A stretch of 64,000 nt of DNA from Rhynchopus sp. YZ270_cl-10 (lineage: Eukaryota), in NCBI GenBank assembly GCA_964035575.1, contig OZ037837.1:1612001-1676000 (forward strand), in the 5' to 3' direction. The position numbers and the translations under genes are program-made. How positions within the stretch are numbered: position 1 is the stretch's first letter; each line of letters opens with the position of its first letter. Of the stretch, positions 23,615 through 34,776 are shown piece after piece. Below the pieces are notes generated by a model, which was not told the origin of the DNA, ran no database searches, and saw nothing but the letters and a program-made list of their open reading frames with translations.

Positions 23615-23620
23615 CCCGTA

Positions 23621-24804
23621 GGGGGTATCAAAAGCTGTCATAATCACGTGTTTTTTTCTTTTTGACAAAAATGCATTTCAAAGTGATTTTGACCATATAT
23701 TCCCACCCACACCACCCAAAAAATACCCCCTCGCCCTGTTTTGACCCCAACTGACCCTTTTTTGGCCCCAAAACGGGCAAACTGAAAATAAAAAAAAAAG
23801 TGGCAAGGACTTGGTACCTTGGGAGGGTACTAGGACCTGGTACCTTTTTTGAAACATGGTTCTAAGTTCCACCAGTCCCTCTAAACACCTCGAAACCGCC
23901 TGGGTACCCCTCGGGATAGGTTCTGGGGTGAAAATATGTGGCTTTGAGGGCTTTTCTAGTCCCCAGAGGCGTCTCAGAGATATTTGACATACCCAACGCT
24001 CCATTGTTTATTTAATAACGCTTGCTTTTTGCCTTGTCATGAGCATCAACACCCCCAATAAGACCGCCAGAACGTCGCTAATGTCCAAAAATCACCACGG
24101 AATTGATCCCCCAACCTCAAAATAGGTGGAGTACCATGTTTTTTGGGTCAAAAATGCGTTGTGTCCCATCACTGTTCCCCCCCAACCAGAGTGCCAATAT
24201 AGTGCCAATGGAAATATCACACCTACAGGAAAACCAAGATTTTCAAGAAAAATCAAAAAATCAAGAAAAAAGCGTGCGTACTAAGGTGGATAAACACCCC
24301 GAAACCGCCTGGGCACCCTTCAGGATAGGTTCTGGGGTGAAAATATGTGGCTTTGGGGGCTTTCTTGGCCTCAGAATGGGTAAAAGCGGTGCAAAAAGCA
24401 GCGTGTGGTTCTCTCCACTGTGGCCTTCATCTGCACCACCTGCTGTTTGGACCGCTTTTACTCATTTTGGGGCCAGAAAAGCCCTCAAAGCCACATATTT
24501 TCACCCCAGAACCTATCCCGAGGGGTACCCAGGCGGTTTCGGGGTGTTTAGAGGGACTTGGTGGAACTTAGAACCATGTTTCAAAAAAGGTACCAGGTCC
24601 TAGTACCACCAAGTCCTTGCCACTTTTTCAGTTTGCCCGTTTTGGGGCCAAAAAAGGGTCAGTTGGGGTCAAAACAGGGCGAGGGGGTATTTTTTGGGTG
24701 GTGTGGGTGGGAATATATGGTCAAAATCACTTTGAAATGCATTTTTGTCAAAAAGAAAAAAATACGTGTTTTATGACACCTTATACGTGGGGTTTGATAC
24801 CCCC
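23621..24804. mobile_element. Foldback-type element with ~340-bp inverted arms and GGGGGTATCAAA termini
   Basis: 23621-23960 pairs with ~24470-24804; an extra partial arm lies at ~24290-24370; the arm motif is related to ~4400-4500. Confidence 0.85.
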
Positions 24805-25126
24805 TCAGGTTCACACCATTGAGAATTGTGAGGATGATGTTTTGACACGAGAAGCGTGAAGATGATCCCTGGTGAATACACCACCAATAAAAATAAAGGT
24901 ACGCTCGCTTCGCTCGCGGAAAAATACCTCAATTTTTTCCTCCCGCTCGCTTCGCGAGCGGGAAAACGCCTCAAAAAAAATTCTCCCCACTACCAGTACA
25001 CAAAACCGGTGTATAAGTCGGCCTGTGCATAAGTCCGATCCTGAGCCCAAATCTGCCCGGACTTATACACGGGTCATGGGGGTCGGACTTATGCACGGGG
25101 GGGGGGGGGGGTAGGTAGACAAAAAA

Positions 25127-26050
25127 TGGAAATGGTGTTTTTGGTGTGGCTTAAGGGGGGGTGCTATTTTGTGCTATTTACTGCTATTTTGGGGTCGTCG
25201 GCGACACCACAGTTTTACTTTATTTTATTGCGGAAGCGAACAACAAACGACCTTTATTATCAGATGTAAACCACGAAATGGATGTAAGACTGCACGGTTT
25301 GGGTGTCCACCCCCTGTACAGCTGGTCATGTACCAAGATACACTGTCACGAGAGGGCTTTGTATTTCAACTTTACTTTACACTCCCCCCTTCCCATTTAT
25401 AGTCTTTTGAGCAACAAGCAAGCATATCTCATGTCTCTCAAGCATGTTTTTGTTGCAAATTCTATGCTCAATGTACCATATTTGACTTGCCTTTTTTCTC
25501 CCTTCTCCCCGGTGCTTGCCTCCCCGGTGCTTGCCTCCCCGGTTCTTGCCTCCTCACAAAGGAACAAAGCGTGATACTTACTGTAATTTACAACTTAAAC
25601 TTTTCTCAGCCCAGAAGAGAGGCAGTGGTCATCTCACTTCACTTTAAGGAAAGTGTTTTCTTTGTTGGCCTCCGTTTCTATGTGGTTTTGGAAATGGTGT
25701 TTTTGGTGTGGCTGAAGGGGGGGGGTGCTATTTTGTGCTATTTACTGCTATTTTGTCTATTTTGGGGATGCGTCCAATGAAAATCACGTCGTTTAGAAGA
25801 GCTCAAGAATGTAGATTTTGTTATTTTTGCGGAAGCGAACAACAAACGACCTTTATTATCAGATGTAAACCACGAAATGGATGTAAGACTGCACGGTTTG
25901 GGTGTCCACCCCCTGTACAGCCGGTCATGTACCAAGATACACTGTCACGAGAGGGCTTTGTATTTCAACTTTACTTTACACTCCCCCCTTCCTGTTTATA
26001 GTCTTTTGAGCAACAAGCAAGCATCTCTCACGTCTCTCAAGCATTTTGTC
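25127..26050 (+). repeat. Tandem duplication of intergenic DNA (~560-bp period)
   Basis: 25127-25450 matches 25688-26050, and 21728-21849 matches ~25564-25690. Confidence 0.9.
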
Positions 26051-26193
26051 ACAAATTCACACCTTTCTCTTCGCAACCCCAACAAAAGAACAACACACCG
26101 CTCAGAGACACCACAGACACCCTCCCCCACTTCACCTCCCTTTCCCCCTCTGCTCCAACTCCTTCCAGAGACATACACAAACAGAGCACACAC

Positions 26194-26490
26194 ATGCCCG
26201 CTAGGGGGCGTGGAAAACACATACAGGTGAATGTGCACATCCCCGAGCACCGTGTGCCTTACACAGAGCAGTACGAGGCGTCGGCGACCATAGCTGACGT
26301 GGTGAAGCGCTACCGTGTGCAGTACCTCCGTGACAGGCCAGGTGCGGCGGTCTTCTGCTATGTGCGACCACATGCGCACGGGGGGAACTTTGCGCCAACG
26401 CCGTTCGCGTCGATGCACAACCTGCAAAAGAGTTTTGGGTGTGACGGCAGTCTCGACCTCGTTGTGTGCCAGGAAAGTGCGTTTGGGTGA
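26194..26490 (+). CDS. ATG12: ATG12-like (Atg12/Atg8 family) ubiquitin-like modifier, 98 aa
   Basis: The C-terminal FAPTPFASMHNLQKSFGCDGSLDLVVCQESAFG* matches the Atg12 pattern FAPSPD..v..L..cFG.dG.L...Y....AwG, with an exposed terminal Gly. AC-rich leader. Confidence 0.75.
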   Translation: MPARGRGKHIQVNVHIPEHRVPYTEQYEASATIADVVKRYRVQYLRDRPGAAVFCYVRPHAHGGNFAPTPFASMHNLQKSFGCDGSLDLVVCQESAFG

Positions 26491-27303
26491 TAACCAAGAG
26501 TACTAAGGAGCCACGAGAAGGAAGTCCTTCCAGACTTTAGTTTGCACGGCAGGCACGATGCTTAGCGCGTAAAGAAGGGGTCAGGACCCACCCCGAGAAC
26601 CCAGGAGAGTGCTGCCGAAAACCCGCAAACCCACATACTGTGCTTGTCAGCCAAACCCATGAAACCACTACCGACACTGCCTGGGTCTTTCTTAAAACGT
26701 TTTGGGTATATACTGTCCAAAAGCCACACTGTGAGCCAGACTGTCCTTATTCCCAAAAAAGAACGAAAAAAAGGAAATGCAACGATTTTTTGAAAAGAAA
26801 AAATTGAAACTGCACCCTACTTTTCCTTTTTATGTTTTTCCCCCACCCCCACAAACAACCAACCCGCCGGATTAGAAAAATGGAAAAAGGATGGGAGTAG
26901 GGTACGGTGTTCAATTTCCTTTTAGCATTGCATGTATGGTGTGGCTGAACCCAAAAAAAAAATGGTATTATTGTGTGGTCGCTGTCAGTGAGGTCGTAGG
27001 TCTTCGACGACTCAGCTTGGCAGAAGTGCAGGTGCGTCCCTGTGCACCAGAACACCATTTCTTTGAGACACAACAATGCAGCTGTATGCAGAACAGCCTT
27101 TGCACGGAACAAGATAAAACAAAAAAAAAGCTTCCGTTTATTTTATCGAACAGATTTTATTCTCCGCCCCGTACCCAAAACGTAAACACCACTTTCAATC
27201 AGAAAAAAAATATTGCCTCCTTCAGTGTTCTTCTGTGACTCAGTGTCAACCAGAAGAACGGCCCACAGCACCACAACACAACAGAGCAACACAAGAAAGA
27301 CAC

Positions 27304-28368
27304 ATGGAAGTAACCATCAAGGGGTACGACGCCAGCTCGTATGTAATCGAGGTGGGCGAGGACGACACAACGGAGACGCTGCGGCAGAAGGTGGCGTCTG
27401 CAGCGGGGCTAGCTGAGGACAGCTTCTACATGGGCTTCGGAGGGAAGGACGAAGGAGACGATATCACGCAGCTGAGTGCTGGAGACACAGTCGTGATTAC
27501 GAATATAACGAGCGCGAAGAAAGACGACGCCATGAGAGCCCTTCTTACCTTGGGAGAGACAAGGCTGACGACACAGAGGTTGGCGCAGTGTCTGGAAGAC
27601 GCGAGGCTGGTTCATTTGCTTCTGCAGGCGGAGGTTACGGCTGTGATCCACGATGGTTTCTTGGAAGATTGTCCGTTCCAGGAACTTGATCTCAGTGCTG
27701 TGTCGTATGTAACAAAGGTCGGCGACTTCTTCCTGCGCGAGAGCTGCAGAGCGACGACAGTAGATCTGTCTGGATGGAACAATGTAACGCACATAGGCTC
27801 GGCCTTCCTCTTCAGCTGCACCTCATTGACCACACTGGACCTGTCTGGGTGGTCTAGTGTCACCGAGATAGGACACTACTTCCTCCGCAGCTGCAGCGCC
27901 TTGCGTACCGTTGACTTGTCTGGGTGGAGCAATGTGTCGCGTATCGGGGACAGCTTCCTGAACGAGTGCTTCGCGTTGACCACACTCGAATTGTCTGGGT
28001 GGAACAATGTGACAGCAATAGGCCATCGATTCCTCTACAACTGCAGCGCATTGACGGAGCTTGACCTATCCGGGTGGGGCAATGTGACGCAGGTGGGTGA
28101 TTGCTGCTTCAAGGAGTGCCACGCGTTGAGCACACTTCGACTGTCCGGGTGGAACAACGTAGCTGTGGTGCGCCTTCACTTCCTCTCCAACTGCACGAGC
28201 TTGACCGCGCTTGACTTATCTGGGTGGACGGATGTGCTGTATGTAGATACCAACTTCCTTTCAGGATGCAACTTACGCACATGCAGCATCAACGTCACCG
28301 GATCGAGTAGGGTTTTGTTAAAACGTGTGCGCAAGGCACGTGGGAAAGGTGGATGTGTGTGCATGTGA
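27304..28368 (+). CDS. Ubiquitin-like + LRR protein with a polybasic CaaX tail
   Basis: Ubl MEVTIKGYDASSYVIEVGEDDTTETLRQKVA; 24-aa LDLSGWxNVTxIGxxFLxxC repeats; ends KRVRKARGKGGCVCM*. Confidence 0.9.
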   Translation: MEVTIKGYDASSYVIEVGEDDTTETLRQKVASAAGLAEDSFYMGFGGKDEGDDITQLSAGDTVVITNITSAKKDDAMRALLTLGETRLTTQRLAQCLEDARLVHLLLQAEVTAVIHDGFLEDCPFQELDLSAVSYVTKVGDFFLRESCRATTVDLSGWNNVTHIGSAFLFSCTSLTTLDLSGWSSVTEIGHYFLRSCSALRTVDLSGWSNVSRIGDSFLNECFALTTLELSGWNNVTAIGHRFLYNCSALTELDLSGWGNVTQVGDCCFKECHALSTLRLSGWNNVAVVRLHFLSNCTSLTALDLSGWTDVLYVDTNFLSGCNLRTCSINVTGSSRVLLKRVRKARGKGGCVCM

Positions 28369-29602
28369 GACTGTTGTATCATCATCTGATTCCCCCCCCC
28401 ACCTTGGCACCCCTCCGCCTCTTGTGAAACCAACAGAGCACTTCATGATTGTACTTACCCTCCCGCCAACCCACCCCCCCGCACCGTCTGGTGGCCTTCC
28501 ATGTAAGAAGTGTGAACGAACAACAAACAAACCTTTATTTTACCCTCTCCCCGTTTACAGTCATTTTGAGCATCAAAGAGAAACAGTCTCTCGAGCATTT
28601 TCATTGATGGACCCTTGTTCTCCATTTCTGCCTTTGCTCGCAGTGCTTTTACATTCCCACCCCCCATTTTCAAATAAACGCACACGTGGCCACGGCCATA
28701 TTTAGGTATTATAATATCTGAATCAACTTTTGCTCGTCAACGCAGCGTCGTGCACCTGCTTCTCAACGTGCCCATCTACAGCACTCCCTACTAGGCTAGA
28801 TTCGCTTTTGATGACACGTCCTGTATGTGCTCTGTCGCTGTGATTTTTCTTATTCCTGTGCAGCGCTACTTAGAAGTCTAGTATCCGTGACCCACACATT
28901 GGGTGTTTTGCTTCTTTGCTTCTTTGCTTTGTAGCGGCACTGCTCAGACGCTACTCTCCCTACCCCTCTTGTGTGCGCTGTCTGTTGCAATGAAAAGCAA
29001 CGCACGAACAGGTTGCCCACAACTATGCTCTCTCTTCCTCCCATGCGAGTATCATTTATTTTTGTATTTTTGTGTTCTTTTCTTTCAACGAATTTATTTT
29101 AAAATTATTTTAGTGCATCTTCTGTGTTCTGCTGAGTAAACAGCGTGTTCAAAGTCGTCTTTGATTCATTGCTGAGAAGCACGCGTTCGGTTTTTGTTCT
29201 ATTCCCCCCACCCGCTCTTCGCGCGTGCAGAAAGCGAAGGCACTCCCTTAGTTTTAACATTGCGCACCCCAATTTGATAAAACCCAACGTTCCAAATGCT
29301 GTCGAGAGGGTTACGCGATCTGTTTGTCAAGTTATATTATTTCTTTTGTGAATGGCAGGCTACACTTTATCAAAACCAACAACGTGAAAAAGGCATTACA
29401 GACCCTGAACCAAGATGTAGGACAGCAAGGTTCCACTTAAGGCGGGTTTTTTCTTGTCAGAGTTGCATTTTTCTTGCCACTACTGAACTGCATGAGAGAG
29501 AGCACATACACGGCGGGGTCTGCACGGGGTCCGACTCCGTAAAACAGCATGTTAGGACACTCCCTCCTTACGGAGGATCTGTACTGAGCCTAAGCTCCCT
29601 AA

Positions 29603-30332
29603 TTACGGACCCGAGGCTTAGTAAATGACGGACCCAAGGCTCCGTACATTTTACGGACCCTACTTAGTAAATTACGGACCCAAGGCTCCGTAAATTTTAC
29701 GGACCCTAGGCTCCGTAAATTTTACGGACCCTACTTAGTAAATTACGGACCCTAGGCTCCGTACATTTTACGGACCCTACTTAGTAAATTACGGACCCAA
29801 GGCTCCGTAAATTTTACGGACCCTAGGCTCCGTACATTTTACGGACCCTACTTAGTAAATTGCGGACCCTAGGCTCCGTAAATTTTACGGACCCTACTTA
29901 GTAAATTGCGGACCCTAGGCTCCGTAAATTTTACGGACCCTACTTAGTAAATTACGGACCCTGGGCTCCGTGAATTTTACGGACCCTACTCAGTAAATTA
30001 CGGACCCTAGGCTCCGTATATTTTACGGACCCTACTTAGTAAATGACGGACCCTAGCTCCGTAAATTTTGCGGACCATACTCAGTAAATGACGGACCCTA
30101 GGCTCCGTAAATTTTACGGACCCTACTTAGTAAATGACGGACCCTAGTCTCCGTAAATTTTACGGACCCTACTTAGTAAATTGCGGACCCTAGGCTCCGT
30201 AAATTTTACGGACCCTACTTAGTAAATTACGGACCCTGGGCTCCGTAAATTTTACGGACCCTACTTGGTAAATTACGGACCCTAGGCTCCGTATATTTTA
30301 CGGACCCTACTTAGTAAATGACGGACCCTAGG
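29603..30332. repeat. 46-bp dimeric minisatellite (ACGGACCCTAGGCTCCGTAAATTTT + ACGGACCCTACTTAGTAAATT)
   Basis: Read directly. Each unit contains the hairpin TCCGTAA-ATT-TTACGGA. Confidence 0.95.
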
Positions 30333-30642
30333 CTTTGTTAATGTAGAACCGCTGTTTTCCCCCACCCCCGCAAACAATAAAGGAATAAATACAAAAGGGA
30401 GAGGTTGTGGTGAAACGCACACACCTCGACCTGTCGGTGAAATGTGGCTCTACTCCAACCCGCCCCGGATTAGAACATAGAAAAAAGGCAGGGTGTTGGG
30501 GTACGGTGTTCAATTTCCTTTTAGCATTGCATGTAATCATGGTACCAAACAAAAGCCCTCTCCCCTTGAAACTGTTTGTTGTCTCTTGCGCACTCTTACC
30601 CCCAATTGAAAACACCTGCACAAAACAGAGAGACACAAAACC

Positions 30643-31938
30643 ATGGAAATATGTGTGGAGAGCTTTGACGGAGAGAAGTACACAGTCGAGGTGGGTGTGG
30701 ATGATACAACTGCGGACATACGGCGGAAGGTGGCGTCTGCAGCAGAGTTGTGCGAAGACGGATTTGACATAAGCTTTGGAGGGAAGGTGATAGCCGAAGG
30801 AGACTACATCACGCAGCTGAGTGCTGGGGACACAGTTGTGCTGACGAAGAAGTCGCAGAAGGACGATGCCATTGCAGCTCTTCGTGACTTGGGTGAGACC
30901 AACCTGACGACAGAGAGGTTCGAAGGTCTCAAAGATCCCAAGCTGATTCATTTGTTTCTGCAGGCAGAAGTTGTTACTGAGATCCCCTCTAGGTTCTTGG
31001 AGGGCGGCACGTTCTCAGAACTTGATCTCAGTGGTGTGCCAGGTGTGACTCAAATAGAAAGAGGGTTCCTCCAAAGCTGCACCTCATTGCGCACTGCTGA
31101 TTTATCTGGGTGGAACAAGGTGGCGTGCACTGGGAGCGTATTCCTCATCAACTGCAGCGCATTAACCACACTGGATATTTCTGGGTGGAACAATGTGACG
31201 CATGTTGGGTACGGTTTCCTCTCTAAATGCACTTCATTGCGAACCCTTGACTTATCTGGGTGGAACAATGTGACGCAAATAGGGGAATTCTTCCTCCACA
31301 ACTGCAGCGCATTGCAAAGCCTTGACTTGTCTGGGTGGAACAATGTAACGCGGGTTAATGACTACTTTCTCTTCAACTGCAGCGCATTGACCACACTGGA
31401 TATTTCTGGGTGGCACAACGTGACGCAGATGGGAAGGTCTTTTCTCTCCAACTGCACCGCATTGCAAAGCCTTGACTTGTCTGGGTGGAACAATGTGACG
31501 CAGGTTAATGACTACTTTCTCTTCAACTGTAGCGCATTGACCATACTGGATATTTCTGGGTGGCACAACGTGACGAATGTTGGGAACGCTTTTCTCACCA
31601 AATGCACTGCATTGCAAACCCTTGACTTGTCTGGGTGGAACAATGTGACGCGTGTCGAGTCTTGTCTCACCGACTGCACCTCATTGACCACACTGGATAT
31701 TTCTGGGTGGAGCAATGTGAGGCACATAGGGAGCGACTTCCTACGCAACTGCTGCGCATTGCAAACACTTGACTTATCTGGGTTGACGACTGTTCAGCAC
31801 ATTCAGAAAGGCTTCCTCGAAGGGTGCACAATACCCACAACCAGCATCAACGTCACCGGATCGAGCAGTGCTGTGTCAGACTGTGTGCAGAGCCGCAACC
31901 TCAGGAAAAAAACCAAGCACCAATGTGTGTGCATGTGA
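30643..31938 (+). CDS. Ubiquitin-like + LRR protein with a polybasic CaaX tail, 431 aa
   Basis: Ubl MEICVESFDGEKYTVEVGVDDTTADIRRKVA; about 12 24-aa LRRs; ends RKKTKHQCVCM*. Confidence 0.92.
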   Translation: MEICVESFDGEKYTVEVGVDDTTADIRRKVASAAELCEDGFDISFGGKVIAEGDYITQLSAGDTVVLTKKSQKDDAIAALRDLGETNLTTERFEGLKDPKLIHLFLQAEVVTEIPSRFLEGGTFSELDLSGVPGVTQIERGFLQSCTSLRTADLSGWNKVACTGSVFLINCSALTTLDISGWNNVTHVGYGFLSKCTSLRTLDLSGWNNVTQIGEFFLHNCSALQSLDLSGWNNVTRVNDYFLFNCSALTTLDISGWHNVTQMGRSFLSNCTALQSLDLSGWNNVTQVNDYFLFNCSALTILDISGWHNVTNVGNAFLTKCTALQTLDLSGWNNVTRVESCLTDCTSLTTLDISGWSNVRHIGSDFLRNCCALQTLDLSGLTTVQHIQKGFLEGCTIPTTSINVTGSSSAVSDCVQSRNLRKKTKHQCVCM

Positions 31939-32654
31939 GGCATGTGCATCTTTCGAGAGGCTTGGCGCTCATTGCGATGTTCAGAGAACGAATTTTACAT
32001 TGCACGTTGCACTTTGCCCAAAAATAGCATCGCTTTTGACTCTCCTACTTCTCTATTTCTCTTTCCCAACCTTCAAAGGTTAAAAAGAACGAGAAGAAAA
32101 AAACAAAACTGGTTGCATCCTCGGGTGCGTACAGTGCTGCAACCAAGCATGTTGTCGTCGCAGCCAGTATTTTTGTGCATTATTTTCAGCAACGTATTTT
32201 TGTGCTTTTTTTTGCACGACCATTCTGTGCTAAAATCTCTTTTTTTGTTTGTGTCCTGTCGAAAGCAGTTGCGTTCTTTCTCCACCTTTTGATCGATACA
32301 GATGTATGTGCACGAGAGGCACATTGTGAACCCAAAACCAGTCATCATCCCAAATAATGTTCTTTCCCCCAAATCTTTTCTTTCTGGCTTCGTATCGGCC
32401 TTGAAGCAGCAACTATCAGTCAGGGCTGAGCTCTGCCACACCCCACACCTTGGGCCACATTCTTCGGTAAAACGTCTCTTGTTTAAACAAGACCCAACGT
32501 ACGTTTTGTTATGCGACACACATCTCGTCTGTCACAACACACCAACCCAACCACTGCGCAACAAAGACACAAGACACAGGACATACCCTCACTACAACAA
32601 ACACAAGACACAGGGGGGTAGCATTTTCCCACCTCTCGACCCCCCCCCAACACG

Positions 32655-34058
32655 ATGCAGAAGGTGTGCAGCACGCCGCTTCTTTACATCAGCTCCGTTG
32701 GGCACGCTGATGATCTGCAGGCCTTTGCACGGTGCGGGGTGGGCGCTCTCATCACCTGCGGTGTGCACCCATTCTACGGAACACTACTGAACGCCGCGTC
32801 TTCGGAAGATACTTCTGCATCAACGGTGGTGGCAACTGCCACCCGCAGTGGGCTGGCTACCCTCATAATCGGAGACCTCCCAGCATGCGGTGAGTTTGCA
32901 GCACGACACCTCATCTCCGAAGGGCAGACCCTCCGCGAAGCTCTCTCCGCCATATTAGCTATCCCAACAGCGCTCCCTACTGTCGCAGGTCTGACACGTC
33001 TTGCAGAGCTTGATTTGAACACACATGGTAGAATATCATTGCACAACGCATCCGATATGACACCCCATAAGCTCGCAATAGAGGAAGAAGAAGAAGAGGT
33101 GATGTCTGAACGGGGTGACCTCTTTGCTAGAATGGCAGGGCTGCGTGAAATGTTTGCATCTGCGTCTGCAAAGGATTTAGTCGACGCAGTACACAACGGT
33201 ATGGTACGCGCTGAGGAGACTGCCGTGGCACGCGATGTGTGTGGTACATTGTGTGCATCATATGTTGGTGCAGTGCGGTTGGGGCTAGCTTTTGCACTAG
33301 GAGAGGCATCTGGGGTGACGTTAGCTACGGAGCTTATTGTAAAATGCGGTGGAGTGAGGGGGGAGGAGGAGGAGGAGGGGGAGGAGAGAGATTCAAATAA
33401 CGCATCTAAATCCACCCTTTTAACAGTATGTGGCTGCCTTGTAGGCAACGCTTCTGTAGCCTTTACACAGCACCTCGAATCCTGGTGTCGACAGACTCTC
33501 TCCACAACCTCTGGACACGAGAACGTTTCTGCATTCATCGCACACACCGCCTCACTCCCACACCTCGCTTCCCTCAAACACCTTGCTGAGCCCTTTGCTG
33601 AAGGAGGTACCGTGTTTCTTCCAAAGGCACATTGGGGTGCTCATATCGACACTACGACATACGCTTTGCCTGCGATATTGAAGGAGAAAGCAGAGGAGTT
33701 GTGTGAGGGGTACGGTACGACGCATGGTGGGCGTGTGGTGCAGGTATGTCCTGCATTAGGCAGGGTGGAGGTACGGTGGATGTGGGGTCCGCGGAAGAGT
33801 GTGATTTTGGTTGTATCTACGCCCGCGACGGTGCTGTTGGATGCATTCCAGGAGAAGGATGCTGTGCCACTCAGAGACCTGCAGGATCGTCTCCCTGTGC
33901 ACCTCTTCGCAACAGCGTTGCGCAGTTTGACGGCACGCACGCATAACTCACCTATCCTCATTGTAAAGTGTGAGACAGAAAAAACAGTGCACATCAATAC
34001 TTCATTCCGATCAAACCGACATACCCTAGACCTGACAAATGGAACAGCAGGGTGGTGA
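32655..34058 (+). CDS. Putative inactive dual-specificity-phosphatase-like domain fused to a cullin-homology-like domain, 467 aa
   Basis: The N-terminus LYISSVGHADDLQAFARCGVGALITCG...GQTLREAL follows the DSP pattern but lacks CX5R. The C-terminus LPKAHWG..LP..YGTTHGGRVVQVCPALGRVEV..VVST..VLLDAFQ..ALRSL..INTSF follows the cullin alpha/beta pattern. Confidence 0.65.
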   Translation: MQKVCSTPLLYISSVGHADDLQAFARCGVGALITCGVHPFYGTLLNAASSEDTSASTVVATATRSGLATLIIGDLPACGEFAARHLISEGQTLREALSAILAIPTALPTVAGLTRLAELDLNTHGRISLHNASDMTPHKLAIEEEEEEVMSERGDLFARMAGLREMFASASAKDLVDAVHNGMVRAEETAVARDVCGTLCASYVGAVRLGLAFALGEASGVTLATELIVKCGGVRGEEEEEGEERDSNNASKSTLLTVCGCLVGNASVAFTQHLESWCRQTLSTTSGHENVSAFIAHTASLPHLASLKHLAEPFAEGGTVFLPKAHWGAHIDTTTYALPAILKEKAEELCEGYGTTHGGRVVQVCPALGRVEVRWMWGPRKSVILVVSTPATVLLDAFQEKDAVPLRDLQDRLPVHLFATALRSLTARTHNSPILIVKCETEKTVHINTSFRSNRHTLDLTNGTAGW

Positions 34059-34776
34059 TCATCAACCGTGATGGAGGAGGGCAGAGGAGATGGAGAGATT
34101 CATGATTGTGAGGAGGGGAGACTGCCTTGGGAGTTGAGGGAGGGAGGGGGGTGGGTAAAAAGACAGGGTTTTTCTCAGGAAAACGTCTGAAAGGAGAAAT
34201 GCCTTTTGAAGCCTCTCGCGGGGAAAAATAATAAAACCTACATTCTTGAATTCTTCTACCAACGTGATTTTCATTGGACGTATCCATCATTCGATCCGAA
34301 GAAGCCCAAATCATTTCGGTTTGTATTATTTCCTTACAACCGTACACGTACCGCTTCGTCTGTTGTATACAAAAAGAAATGGAACAGAGTATCTCACACC
34401 TCTTATGTCTGTCGAGATGATAGAGCAAACAGCCTTTCAGGAGCAGCATGTGAGCGCAGAACCCTGTCTTGTCCCTGTCTGGTGATTTGTCGACACAGAG
34501 GGGGGGAAAAGAGGGGGAAAAAAGAGGGGGGAAAAAAGAGGGGGAAAGGGGGGGGATCCTTTCAGCAACTGTTTTCTGCTACTCCTCGTCTTGGTTTTGC
34601 AAAAACACTGTGCACAGTACAGCACGGTCGTTGCTATTTGTGTCTCCGGGGGGGGCTTGGAACATTGGCACAAGACCTAGATATGCATCACAACCAACCT
34701 TCAGGTCAGTGCAATGACTATCATACGGTAACATAGTACGCACCATCCTCACGACAGGTCGTGATAACGTAACATA

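Larger units (their letters stand above)
21850..25126. mobile_element. 3.3-kb nested composite insertion bounded by TACCTACCCCCCC / GGGGGGGTAGGTA
   Basis: Interrupts TATGTGGTTTTGGAAATGGTG, which is intact in the tandem paralog at ~25679-25700. Confidence 0.8.

Noticed and set aside
29603..30332. CRISPR-like array of palindromic repeats
   Set aside because: There are no unique spacers and no cas genes; the units are contiguous tandem repeats in a eukaryotic context.
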